Source: Octopus vulgaris (lineage: Eukaryota). Taken from it: a DNA stretch of 64,000 nt. Below the pieces are notes generated by a model that was not told the DNA's origin, did not search any database, and was given only the letters and a program-made list of their open reading frames with translations. Shown here one piece after another: positions 13,469 through 27,393 of the stretch; the stretch's first letter is position 1, and each line of letters opens with the position of its first letter. Made by a program: the position numbers and the translations under genes. The DNA is taken from NCBI GenBank assembly GCA_951406725.2, contig OX597825.1, forward strand, positions 82,150,001 to 82,214,000. Direction: 5' to 3'.

Positions 13469-15343
13469 ATGTATATAAATATACATACTGTGGAATCCGT
13501 TTACTAGAATCCTCACACCTTTATTGTTATCAATCGGCTACTTTTAGTAAGAGTAAGCAAGTTGTCAAGTGCTCACAACACCAATCGATTTTCATTACAT
13601 ATACTATATCAGAAATCACACACACACACGCGCGCACACACACACATACACACACACGTATATGTACACACACACATGTCCAGACAACGCACATATACGA
13701 TATATACAAAGACATATTTACACACTCGCGATAATTAAAAATATTTTAATCTCCACAATGAAAGCCGACCTCGTGTTAAAGAAAGAAAAGCAGGGTTCGC
13801 TTATAACGGGACAGAATATAAGTAAAGGGTCTTACTGCTCCTTTTTATATAAGTAAATAGCAAGATACATACTTTCTCACAGAGAATTAGCTGAAATATA
13901 GACACTGCTAGCGGCCTTGTAATATTGAGGAAACTAATCGAGTTGTCCCCGAATCATGTTGGAGAGAGAGAGAGAGAGAGAGGGAAGGAGAGAGAGAGAG
14001 AGAGGGAGGGAGAGAGAGAAAGAGAAAGAGAGGGAGAGAGAAGTTTTGAGAAAGCGTGTTATCTGCACATTGATCCATATAAATATACCTACATGCGCTC
14101 CACTTACGGACACACATAACCATGCATGCACGCATGCGCACACAGACACACAGACAGCCACACACACAGACAGATAGACACACACACACCCACGCATAAA
14201 TATGTCGACCGAACTGGCGGACAGAAAACATGAGTTATTGTATGGTTGCATAATAGAAGAGTGAAATAACAACGTCACATGTGCGTCGAACAAATGGGAC
14301 ATCTTCAGATACAACTACAATTAAATAAATCTGGATTGAGACTCGTAATTAATTTGGAAAAGGCAGCAAACTGGCAAAATTGTTAGCTTAACGGACATAA
14401 TGCTTTGTGGAATTTTTTCCGGATCTTTATATTCTGCTTAACTTTGTCCCTCATCGCTTTAGGGGTCGATAGTTTAAAGTACTTTCAAGGCATAGAGTCG
14501 ATAGTATAAAGTAGTTTTCAAGTCCTGGGGTCATTGTAATGGACTTGCTTCTTCCCTTCAAAACTTTTTGGTTTCTCGTTCAAGGGAAATGTAAAATCGG
14601 TTACTAATACACCACAGAAACCAGGAAACCGTCTTCTTGGGTCGTGGGGCCTAAGAAACGAAATGGAAATTAGGCAACGTAATTATATAATGAAGTGTTG
14701 CTTCAACGGTAATTTGGAGAGGCTGGGCTTCACGAATCCAGAAAGAACACGGCTAATTAAGAAATTACTTCCAAACCATTAATTGAGATGCGAAAGTATG
14801 TAAAACATCTTTGGCGTTTGGCTTGAAGTGTGTGTGTGTATATATGTATGTGTGTGTGTGTATGTGTATGTGTGTGCATGTGTGTGTATGTGTGTGGGCG
14901 TGTGTATGTATATATATATGTATATATATATATATAGACATACACACGTGTTGATGTGCAAGCGTACACACACGCCCTCTCTCTCACACACGTGCACGCG
15001 TGCGCACACATGTATATGTATACTTGTACATATACACATACATATGTACTTATATGTACGTTCATACCTGCTTACATACGTACTTTCATGCATGCATGCA
15101 TACATCACACACACACATATGTATATATACATACATATATATATACATACATATATGTACATATATATATTTATATATATATATATATATATATATACTG
15201 TATATATATATGCGTGCGTGTGTGTGTTCATATATATATACACACACACACGTACATATACCCGTATGTATATTATATGTGTGTATACATATCTACATAT
15301 ATGTATGTGCGTATGTATGTATTTATGTATGTATTTATGTATT

Positions 15344-15385
<42 letters not shown>

Positions 15386-15600
15386 TGTAAAATTCTCTGT
15401 GTGTGTGTATGTATACTCACAGATATGCACGCACGCATGCTCCTGTTGATCTGAGATGTTGAGGTACGATGTCTTATATCTCTCCTCACAAATAAATCTG
15501 CAGCTCAAGTCTTGAGAAATAAATGACCAGGCCTTGAGAAACACACACACACAGACACACAGACCCGCACACACACACACACACACACATAGTAGATAAA
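12880..15600. repeat. Dense microsatellite field (GA)n, (TA)n, (CA)n, (ATAG)n; includes a decayed family A SINE at ~14361-14570
   Basis: Directly visible; ggcagcaaactggcaaaattgttagc...ggggtcgata matches the family A head and core. Confidence 0.85.
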
Positions 15601-16795
15601 AAGAGAGGAGTATTATGAATGAAATATTGATGCAATTAAACCATGAATGAGAGAGGTGAATATAGTATTTATGTAGTAGAACTATGAATGTCATATATTT
15701 ATAGAGCGTATAGAGAAGGAATCCAGCTTTTATATATATTAGATAACATAACAGGTGTACGTAGTCAAAGCTTGGAATAGATGAACTGACGGTTGAATAA
15801 CTTTCCGTGTACGTAGAACCTGCTTGTGAAAGGTGCGTACAGGGTAGATTGAGAATATATTAATAACAGAGTACCGCTGAAACAGCCACTTGTACGAGTT
15901 TGCGTGTGTATGTGTGTGTTTGTGGGTTTTGGTAATGCTATCGCGAGGACGATGTAAAATGGCTGATGACTCACGGATTTCAATTCTCTTGTGTAAGCGG
16001 TAATAACATCTACATAACAAGTTTATTCTACAGCAGAGAAGTACTTTTCTAACTGTTTAGGGAAGAACGAACTTACACAATTTTTTTTTCTTTCTTTTGG
16101 TGAATGTGTCAAAGTGTCACTAATGAAACTACAAGGCTATTAACGGCTACACTAGCTCCTCAAGAGCATTAACACCAATTTTAGCACCACACCCCAGCGA
16201 AATGTTCCAAAAACATCTTTAGTTTTTAGATATTATTCTGCCATGTTAGTTAAGTAGCTAACAGAGATAATGTAGCGAAAGTATTTTTGAATTATATTTT
16301 TTTTAAAAAAAGGGGTTTTATGAATCATAGGAACAATTAAAATAGATGGAAATGATAAAGAAAACACAAATACTTTGAGACTCAGGGTTCTACGTAATAT
16401 AATGGAACCATAGGGTGCCAATTTATCGCCAAAATCTTTTGGTTGTCTTTGTTTTTCAGTTACATGGCCCCAGTGTTGTATGGAACAGAGAGAGAGAAGG
16501 AGAGAGAGAGTGAGAGTGAGAGAGAAAGAGAGAGGAGTGTTTAGGAAAGAGAGAGAGAGGAGGATATTAGGAAAGAGAGAGAGAGGGGGGATTGCTATAC
16601 TTTGGGACGGTCATACTGTTGATATACACACACGTCGGTTGTAGCTTTCTTCAAATTTTTGATATATTGTCAGACGTTTCTAACAATAGGATTCAATACT
16701 GAAAAGAAGCGCAATCAGTGCGTGTGCTCATTGGCTTATTAGAGGCGGGGAGAGGGAGAAAGAGGGCGGAGGGAAATAGACAGAGGAATAGAGAA

Positions 16796-16827
<32 letters not shown>

Positions 16828-16974
16828 GCATGCACAGACAAACAGACACACTGACAGACAGACCATCGGACAGAGACAAGATTGGATATTGTTAACCAAA
16901 CTAAAACCAGTTGACAAAAGGACTCTGAGAACTAAAATTAATGTAAGCATTGTCAATATTATAAATACCATCAG

Positions 16975-18164
16975 AATCCTCCTCCTCCTCCTCATCATCT
17001 TCTTCATTATCATCATCATCATCTTCATCATCTTCATCCTCCTCCTCCTCCACTTCTTCATTATCATCATCATCGCCATCATCATTATATTCTTCATCAT
17101 CATTATCATCACCACCATCACCATCATCTTCATCTTCATCATCAGTATCAAACGTCATCACCATCCTCATCATTTTTCATTGCGACCATCATTATCGTCA
17201 ACATCTCTCTATCATCATTAACACCCCCCCACACACCCGCCTACACCACCACCACCACCACCACCAAAAACAACAACATCAACACCATCACCAACAACAA
17301 CACTTATTAATGCTGACATCATCACTACATCATCGCCTCCCAAGATCATTAGCGCCGTTCCATAAACGCAACCACCACCACCACCACCACCACCACCACC
17401 ACCGCTACCATCATCACAAACGTAACCACTTCCCAACCGCCGCAATCGCCGCCGTCTCCAGGGGCACCACTGCCACCATCACTACCATCATCACCCCTCC
17501 TCCCCTCATACCACTACACACTGCTCCATAAACACAACCACCGACACCCCCCCCCCACACACACACACATCTCCATCACTACAAACCCCTGCACCACCAC
17601 CACCACCACCACCACCACCACCACCACCACCACCACCACCACCACCACCACCACCACCAAACAATAAATGCAACTCCTTTAAACGGCCCAACCCCAGCAT
17701 ATTTTGCTAAAGAGAAGGTCCCTGACATTTCTCTGAAAATCCCACTACCACTACCACTACTACTACTACTACTACCAATACTACTACTACTACTGCTGCT
17801 GCTACTGCTGCTGCTGCCACTACTATTACCACCACCACCACCACCACCACCACTACTACTACTACTACAACAACTACTGCTACTGCTACTACAACTACTG
17901 CTAGCACCACTACAACCACCACAACCACCACTACTACTGCTACTACTGCTACTACTACTACTCCTACTACCAGCACCACCACCACTACTACTACTACTGC
18001 CACCATCACCACCGTCACTACTACCACTACTACTACTATCACCATCATCACCACCAACTACTACTACTACTACTACTACCATCTCCACCACTATTAAAAA
18101 TACCACCACCACTACCACCACGACGACGACGACGACGACCACCACCACCACCACCACCACTACC

Positions 18165-18241
<77 letters not shown>

Positions 18242-18245
18242 TACT
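16975..18245. repeat. Long compound trinucleotide tract (ATC)n/(TCC)n/(ACC)n/(ACT)n
   Basis: Directly visible; gives poly-D/E, poly-G, poly-V and poly-W ORFs in several frames. Confidence 0.92.
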
Positions 18246-18685
18246 GAGTCCCTTAATTTGAAAAAATAGTTTTGCATGAGAAAACCATTGCCGAAAAGCT
18301 TAACCAATCTCCCGTAGTTTTCGCTGCTTTCTCTCAACACCAAAGTCGATATGTAATAGCGAGAACGGCTCCGCCGCCGCCGCCATCTCTGTCCCCTGTT
18401 CTCAGAGCTATTTGATTACAGGGGAAACCTGTATAATCACTTTATCGCATTTCCACGCATCTGGTAGCTTCTGTGACCCAAACCTTTGTTGAATAAATAG
18501 CGTACAACAAGCGAAAGGGTACGTTTGAGCAAAGAAGGGAAGGAGGGCAACTTAGCAAGACATGTTTCACAAGGCGATCTCCTTAATAGATGATAATAAG
18601 GGTTTTGCCCCCTTAATCAGGGATGGTTAAAACCTATTATCCTAGTCCCGTTCTATCAAAAGAACGTGCTACAGAAACACACTCA

Positions 18686-18686
<1 letters not shown>

Positions 18687-18766
<80 letters not shown>
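18687..18766. repeat. Perfect (AC)40 microsatellite
   Basis: Uninterrupted AC run. Confidence 0.95.
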
Positions 18767-18768
<2 letters not shown>

Positions 18769-19081
18769 CTATCCGCGTGTACAAGTATTGGAACTTTAAC
18801 GGGTAGCGTTTCGTGTCTATCTTAAAGGTTCACTTTCATAGTTAGGGGTTTGGTAGCATCTGAATGTTACAGGGTGTTCTTTTCAAGGGGTTTTTGTTGG
18901 ATAGCACACACACACACACACTCATATACACGCCCGTGTATACATACATATATATGCTGTCTTCGAAACATATGTCGAGAGTAAAGGAATTTTGTTAACA
19001 TCTTCGTTCGACTCCGTCTTTCATTTATTCATATATATATCGTTTTGGAATTTGGCTTGCAAGATTCTTTATATGGGTTCG

Positions 19082-19198
19082 TACTGTTGTGTCAGGGGAG
19101 AGTCATTTTCTTTTTTTGCCTTATAATGTAACACACTCACCGGTGAGTGTGTTACATTAAAAGGCACAAAAAGAAAGTGACTCTCCCCAGACACAACA

Positions 19199-19201
<3 letters not shown>
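19082..19201. repeat. 120-bp spacerless palindrome
   Basis: 60-bp arms centred on ACC|GGT (19141/19142), 4 mismatches, no indels. Confidence 0.9.
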
Positions 19202-19257
<56 letters not shown>

Positions 19258-19264
19258 TGTATCT

Positions 19265-19423
19265 ATGTATGGAGCAAAACAGTTTGATTCAAATTCGTTG
19301 GTACTCTTGACTTTCAAACGTGATGCTAATCGTAAGCCAAATTCAAAATGGCTGACGACTAGCATCATGCTTGAAACTCAAGAGTACCAACGGATTTTAA
19401 TCAAACTGCTTTGATCCATACAT
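19265..19423. mobile_element. Hairpin MITE-like element
   Basis: 75-bp arms (19265-19339/19349-19423), 9 mismatches, no indels, 9-nt loop. Confidence 0.75.
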
Positions 19424-19480
19424 GTAAATCCCAATAAATTCGTTGAGTGCCCTCATTTCGTTTGTCCACTCACTCCTGTA

Positions 19481-19533
<53 letters not shown>

Positions 19534-19689
19534 CTCGTTGACAGGCCGCTGGTATTTATAGAGTATTAAACAGTTTCAGTATGCAAATTAAGGACTCCTT
19601 CATAGAGTAACTGCTGCATTTGTTGAGTATATAAACAGTTTGACTGATTGTTGATTTAGAGATTGTCAAAATAATGTGGATGCCTCTGA

Positions 19690-20110
19690 TGAGAAGCCAG
19701 ACCTCTCTCCACATATCTCTGTCTTACTAATACACGGGTCTCCTAACATTGTCCACAGTCCACCTATACTTCCCAGGTTACATTTTGTATTCAACGGTTA
19801 CTCCGATAGATGTTTCTTATTACATCTATGTAGAGTCCCCACTCCTTCTCTCCCGCCTCTCTCATCTCTCTCACTAGGATACCAGTTCTTGCTCAAAACC
19901 TTCCTTCCAAAGTCCTCCAGATATATGTAATTTATCTACCACTCTCCGAACTCCACGAATTTGACGGTATGTTTTTGTATACCGAGGTCATCTCTCCACT
20001 CACCTCTCTCTGAAGTCACCATCATCGGTGGCTTCAACTTTCACAACTGGTCTTCGCTTTCACACAAAGGGTATGTAGAGAAACCGAATACTTCGCGATT
20101 CTTGCCTCTT
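19690..20110 (+). mobile_element. Decayed LINE AP-endonuclease fragment (CR1/Jockey group)
   Basis: Frames give FIYHSPNST and SEVTIIGGFNFHNW, resembling 'fiYrSPns...sei.ilGDFNvH...W'. Confidence 0.5.
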
Positions 20111-20214
20111 TACTTCAATGAGTAGAGATAGGTGTTATATGGCCATAAATATCCTCTTTGTTTTTGTAATAATGCTGAGATGTTTTGAGCCGTTATAAGA
20201 AACCGAGTATTTGT

Positions 20215-20446
20215 ACCTATTTCTTTACTACCCACTAGGGGCTAAACACAGAAAGGACAAACAAGGACAGACAAACGGATTAAGTCGATTACATCGACCC
20301 CAGTGCGTAACTAGTACTTATTTTAATCGACCCCGAAAGGATGAAAGGCAAAGTCGACCTCGGCGGAATTTGAACTCAGAACGTAGCGGCAGACGAAATA
20401 CCACTAAGCATTTTGCCCGGCATGCTAACGTTTCTGCCAGCTCGCC
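20215..20446 (-). mobile_element. tRNA-derived SINE family A (monomer)
   Basis: Minus strand: GGCGAGCTGGCAGAAACGTTAGC (A box), GAGTTCAAATTCC (B box), core GTCGACTTTGCCTTTCATCCTTTCGGGGTCGA. Imperfect 15-bp TSD CCGAGTAyyTGTACC at 20203 and 20445. Confidence 0.88.
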
Positions 20447-22059
20447 GAGTACCTGTACCATTAAGGTGATCTTGAAGCATTTCTTTCGCGGGTTACCTTT
20501 CGGCTCTTATATGAAGAATGCTTTCTACAAATGACCTGAAGAATGTCAGATTCGATTGCCAGATGTTTCGAAGCCTGGTACCAAATAAAAAAAAAGTGGT
20601 AATTGAAATTCAGTTGAATCAAATCGATTCAAATTAAGATTTAAACTGAGATAACAGAGCAATTAAAATAGGAATAATTAGAATGCCATAATTTTTTTAA
20701 AAAGAGGAGAGTAACTTAGATATTACAAGTGAAGCTGTATTGATTGAATTTAAATAGAATTTTAAAGGGGGTATAATTAAAAGGGCGGTGAAGTAAATGA
20801 TACTGGATACTAATCAACGTAAATCCTGGTACTGTTAATTAAATGAGACTAATTAAATTCAACGTGTAATAAATAGGTTCGCAGATTACACACTTAAAAT
20901 TGAATGTTAAATTTTAAGCCGTATTCGTAACACTGTAAAAGTATTTGAGCATCACTCTGTTATGAATAGATACATATAACTGATCTTAAGTGAATTACTA
21001 TTAAAAGCTTGAATGGGAGCTGTTTAAGCAGAGAAATACGAATATATGAAAATAGAGAAGCTCTATGTTATATGTATAGCTGCATCAGTACATTAGTTTA
21101 TACGATAAATTACATATTGAGCAAATTTTCTTGTTTGTATGCACTTCTCGCTTCTCTTACTTATCTTTGTAAAAATTACCTATCTGTCTATCTATCTAAC
21201 TAGCTATCTACCTTTATGCATCGAAATCATTAAACGTCCTTTGACAAGTTACTCAGCTCACGAGCACTTTCAATGTTGGTACAATACAAAAGTTGACGCA
21301 ATACAAGAAATATGAAACCTCTCGAAAACGCACTTTAAGGGTGCTCCATTTACCTGAACAGGTAAGATAAATACAACAAACACCTTAGCGTGTGGAAATC
21401 AAATATTTGGCTGGAATGCTTGCGTAAGATTTAGAATATACAGATTTGGTAACGCAAATGTTATGGCAGATTCTTTAATCAAGATCTTCACACAGATAAT
21501 CTTATGTCGAACGTATTAAAAGCTGATACCATAAACAGGGTTTATCTGATCTATATCTTCATCTACCAGCTACTTAACAATCTTTTATCTTCAGAAGTAT
21601 TCCCCTGCCATAGTCAACACACGCATACAGGGACACAAATATATGTATGTATGCGTGTATGTATGTATTTATGTATGTTTGTATGTACGTATGTACGTAA
21701 TAGGTATGTATGTACGTACGTACGTATGTATGTATATATGTATGTATGAATGTATGGATGGATGGGATTGTTCAATTCTATTTCAAAATGTTTTGCCAAT
21801 AGAGAAAGAGCCGGTTTCTAACCTAGATCCAAGGTTCATTCACTGGAATTTCAACATCAACAGGATATTGTTGCAAGCATGTATGTATGTATATTATGTA
21901 TGTATGTATGTATGTATGTATGTATGTATGTATGTATGTATGTATGTATGTATGTATGTATGCATGCATGCTAAGAGAACATCTCCGGGTACGGTGTCGA
22001 TCGAGATAAACGTAGACAGAGTGTCGTGTACTTCATAACTAACCCAACGGATATATGAA

Positions 22060-22096
<37 letters not shown>

Positions 22097-22142
22097 ATAA
22101 TAATAATAATAATAATAATGATGATGATGATAGTAATAATAA

Positions 22143-22349
22143 TGGTTTCAAATTTTGTCTCAAGGGCGGTAATTTTGGGTGAGGGATAATTCGATGACAT
22201 CGACACCAGTGCGTAAGTTATTTTATCGACTCCGAAAGGAAAGAAAGCCAAAGTCGACCGCAGCGGAATTTGAACTCAGAACGTAGCGGCAGCAGAAATA
22301 CGGCTAAGCATTTTGCCGGGCGTGGTAACAATTCTGCCAGCTCACCGCC
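22143..22349 (-). mobile_element. SINE family A
   Basis: Same head and core; tail variant ...ccttgagacaaaatttgaaacc followed by (ATT)n. Confidence 0.85.
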
Positions 22350-22402
22350 ATAATAATAATGATAATAATCATAATAATAATAATAATAATTCATCGTAAA
22401 CA

Positions 22403-22513
22403 TTCTTCTTCTTCTTCTTCTTCTTCTTCTTCTTCTTCTTCTTCTTCTTCTTCTTCTTCTTCTTCTTCTTCTTCTTCTTCTTCTTCTTCTTCTTCTTCTT
22501 CTTCTTCTTCTTC
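22403..22513. repeat. Perfect (TTC)37 tract
   Basis: Uninterrupted run. Confidence 0.95.
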
Positions 22514-22649
22514 CTCTATCCCGTACCTAGAGGTTAACTTCCATCCTCTCCGTAATCCATATTAAATCTCTAAGATTAGAGTAAGATAAGTCAATATACA
22601 CTGTCTACTCAATATTTACCGACCTATATTCCTTTTAGTTAAGAACTAC

Positions 22650-22682
<33 letters not shown>

Positions 22683-22728
22683 TGTATGTATGTATGTATG
22701 TATGTATGTATGTATGTATGTATGTATG

Positions 22729-22759
<31 letters not shown>

Positions 22760-22884
22760 GTGTGTGTGTGTGTGTGTGTATGTATATATGCACATATATA
22801 TTTTTATGTACATATATATGATACGTATATTTCAAGTCATATGCTCGCAGTAGTCACTTCAATATATATATATATACACACACT

Positions 22885-22933
<49 letters not shown>

Positions 22934-23019
22934 GTATGTATAGATATATATATGTAAATATATGTGTGTATAAATAATTATTTATACATATAGATAAATA
23001 TATATATACACTTATGCAC

Positions 23020-23078
<59 letters not shown>

Positions 23079-23183
23079 TACATATATATATATATGTATA
23101 TATGTACAGAGAAAAGAAAGGGAGAGGAAGTAAAGATACATGTAATGTATGCATACAAATGTATGCGCGCGCATACACGCACG

Positions 23184-23246
<63 letters not shown>

Positions 23247-24164
23247 GCGAGTCGTATTGATATTGGATACATCGATGGGTCGAATAGCGGAATGTAAAAC
23301 AGCATATTTCGTATCATCTGAAAACGCCAGGCAACCAAGCCATTTGCAAAAGTCGTTAAGCTCCACAGATCGTAAACTTACCATTTGGACTTTACACCGG
23401 GGATCAAATATATACCATCTCCGCTTCCACAACAACAATATTAAATCAACATTAAAAAGGGTTCGTCTAACGTATTTATGTGGGTTCAGATTCTCTGATT
23501 TCATATATTTTCCCAGGAAACGTAAATATCTTCGTTACGTATATTTCAAGTCATATGCCCGCGGTATTCAATTCAAGGTTTACGGTGTTAATTCTTGTAT
23601 TAGTTGTGGTATCGGTGATTAGTTGGCTGAAGATCGCTTGAGGATTCTTTGAAACCCTGCGATTCGTTTTTTGTTTGTTTTATTTAGTTTACTGCGGAAT
23701 TAGTTTCAGATGTTATTCTGTGTAGTTTACTAGTTCATAGTTATTATATTTCTACCAAGCATTAACCTTCTTTATAAAATACTTGATTTCAAGGTCTGAT
23801 TACATATGTTTATATAGATACACAGACATATAGATATATATATATGTGTACACCCCGCCAAACACACACACATACACCGATATATTCACACAATGTCAAA
23901 TATATACACACTCGCGAATCTGTGTCGGTGGCATATACATATGTGCGTTTGTGTATATATATAAATATATATATGAATATATATATGCATATGCATGTAT
24001 ACATATATATAGATATATAGATATATGTATATATATACAAATGTATACATACATATACACAAATGTATACATACATATATACATACATACATACATATAT
24101 ACATACATACATGCATACATATATATATATATACATGTATACACATATACATTCATATATATTT

Positions 24165-24202
<38 letters not shown>

Positions 24203-24402
24203 ATAAATTTACGGATATATAAATATATGTAAAAAGGTGAAAGATTAATCTGCTCGGGATGAGGAGATTATAGTGTATATATATATGTATACATGCATAT
24301 GTGCGTATTGCACATATATAAATTTACACACACCACACAAATTTATTTACATATGTATGTTAATGTGTATATAAACATAAGTATGTAAATCCATCCATGT
24401 AA

Positions 24403-24479
<77 letters not shown>

Positions 24480-24953
24480 GACCGATCGATCAATCTATCT
24501 ATATATCAATCTATCTGGACATCTTCATAGACTGTTATTTCTATAATATCAGTGACGTTCTTGCGGGCAAAATTCGCAGGCGTTTCCTTCAGATGGTCGA
24601 AGGGTTTTGGTTGGGTTTTACGCGAAACGGACCGAAGCTATGAACCTTATCCAGCCATCTCGCTCGTAGTCATTTCTTAAGGCACCTTGCCCTAAAAGAT
24701 CTGACCTGCGACTCCTTCCTTAGATATTCTAAACGAAATGCTCATTGTACTGGAGCAGCAAACTGCCAATGCCAAGGGGTAAATGTGTCGACCTTGAAGG
24801 GCTTCTTGATTTTAGAACCACAGAGACCGAAGACTAAGCAGAATATTGTGACCCTTCGGAGGAACAATATTTTGATCAGAGGCATATATACACACACAAA
24901 TACAGGCACACAATACAAAAACACACGCACACACACACACACACACATACACG

Positions 24954-24988
<35 letters not shown>

Positions 24989-25034
24989 GCGCACACACAT
25001 ACACGGACGCACACATACACTCACGTGTTATCGT

Positions 25035-25398
25035 TTATCTTTCCGCTTCAGAGATTTGACTACGGCCATGCTGGAGCACTGTCTTTAGACGAACGAATCG
25101 ACCCCTGGACTTATTTTTGTAAGCCTAGTACTTATTCTATCAGTTTATTTTTGCTGAACCGCTAGGTTACGGGTACGTAAACACACCAACATCGGTTTTC
25201 AAGCGATGTTGGGGGGACAAACACTGACACAAATACATACATACACGCATACAGAGACACACACACACACCAGCCGAAATTACTACGATGATCCGGTTCT
25301 TGACTGAAGACTGAAGGCTTCGAATGTCCTGTCCGTGTTTATTGTATCGTCTTCTAAGAGTTATGCGTTCTTGTCCCTGTTTGTATTTTTCTACATAT

Positions 25399-25451
<53 letters not shown>

Positions 25452-25615
25452 TATATATATCGGCTTCTTTTAGTTTCCGTCTAACAAATCCACTCACAAG
25501 GCTTTGGTCGGCCCGAGGCTATCGTAGAAGACACTTGTCCAAGATTCCACACAGTGGGCCTGAACCCGGACCCATGCGGTTGGGAAAGCAAGCTTCTTAC
25601 CACACAGCCACGCCT
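25035..25615 (-). mobile_element. tRNA-derived SINE family B (CORE-like TTGGGCAAGTG motif) with internal microsatellite and an insertion at ~25271-25400
   Basis: Minus strand head GGCGTGGCTGTGTGGTAAG...GGGTTCAGG; body ggccgaccaaagccttgtgagtggattt; tail gctccagcatggccgtagtcaaat. Confidence 0.85.
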
Positions 25616-26214
25616 ATGTGTCTGTGCGCGCGTTTGTGTGTATTCACCATATGAGACGTATATCGTAGTATATATTTCAACGAGGACGTAATCTGAACAC
25701 GCTGAGTATATTACTGTAACCTTACCGCTTCAAAATATGTCAGCACAACATACTCAAAATATCAGAATGGACATCAATCTATATATATATATATATATAT
25801 ATATCTTTAAATCAGTTTTCAACGCATATATTGGGTATAGAATATTGCCTAATATTGGGACATATAAAACCCACAACACAAAAAATTGGGTACGAAATCT
25901 AAGCGTACGAACAGCCATATTTTTCTCGTCACCGTTTCTTAACTTACGCAGAAGTATATATATGTATATATTTATATCTGTATGAATGTGTATATCTATA
26001 CATACACACATATATATATATATATATATACGATTATATATATATATATACGTATATATATGTGGTTCTACATATATTTCTGTATGAGTGTGTGTATGCC
26101 TATATATATATATCACATGATTACAATTACTCACTCAGACACTCATTTAGATCTTACACGTGTGTGTGTGTATGTGTGTATCAGAATATGTATACGTACA
26201 CATATGCATATATG

Positions 26215-26271
<57 letters not shown>

Positions 26272-26764
26272 CATATCAAACATATTTTTTATGTGTCACA
26301 TGGATATCATGTGACGCCCTATAACTTAATAACCAAAACATTAAAGAGCTTAATACCTATGTGTGTGCGTGTGTGTATGTAGATGTGTATGTACGTAAAC
26401 ACGTGTACACACACGTATATACGATCACACACACATACAGACACAGATACACACGTACACACACACACACATACACACACACACATACACACACACACAC
26501 GTAGATAAATTGCTAGATAGATACACAATCATATACACGCTCAAATACATATGTATACACACATACACACATACATATAGATAGATACACAGTCATTTAT
26601 ACACGCTCGCACTTAGATATGTACATATGTTTATATACACACATAGATTGATAGATAGATACACAGATATATTTATACATGCTTACACATACACACATAC
26701 ACGCATGTGTATATATATATATATATGTATATGTATGTATATCTATCTATATATATGTATATCT

Positions 26765-26867
<103 letters not shown>

Positions 26868-27099
26868 TAGATAGATAGATACAAAAGCATATTCTTACAC
26901 ACTCTTATGCGCGCGCACACACACACACATCCATGCACACGCATATATATAGCAAAATGAATGTGTATATATATCTCTAAAAACACGCGTATATACGTGT
27001 TTACAAACACAGCGTAATACCGTTGATGATAAGGAATTGGAGTGAATGAACTGATAGGGCTGCACATGTTTCATGTTCGGTGAACGGCGGGATTCGGTG

Positions 27100-27359
27100 A
27101 TGGCGATGCCCGTGGGGATGAGGATGACGTGGATGCTGAGGGTGAGGAGGATGAAGATGACGATGACGACGACCAGAACGACGATGATGATAACGATGAT
27201 GATGATGATGATTGATGATGATATTGATGATGATGGTGATGATGATGATGATGAGGTTGATGATGGTGGTGATGATGATGATGACGATGATGAAGATGGC
27301 GTTGAAGATGACGATGACGACGACCAGAACGCCGATGATGATAACGATGTTAATGATGA

Positions 27360-27393
<34 letters not shown>

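Noticed and set aside
16901-17173. Acidic poly-D/E ORF (also 27073-27399 and 62313-62588)
   Set aside because: Degenerate (GAT)n tracts; no splice or homology support.
20211-20534. ORFs sharing RPRKDERQSRPRRNLNSERSGRRN (also 33658-33927)
   Set aside because: The shared peptide is the antisense translation of SINE family A, not a protein family.
20530-20590. CTGAAGA...CGAAG hammerhead-like trace (similar traces at ~23627, 25303, 30715, 54710-54735)
   Set aside because: Stems or core bases do not fit; possibly old PLE debris but unsupported.
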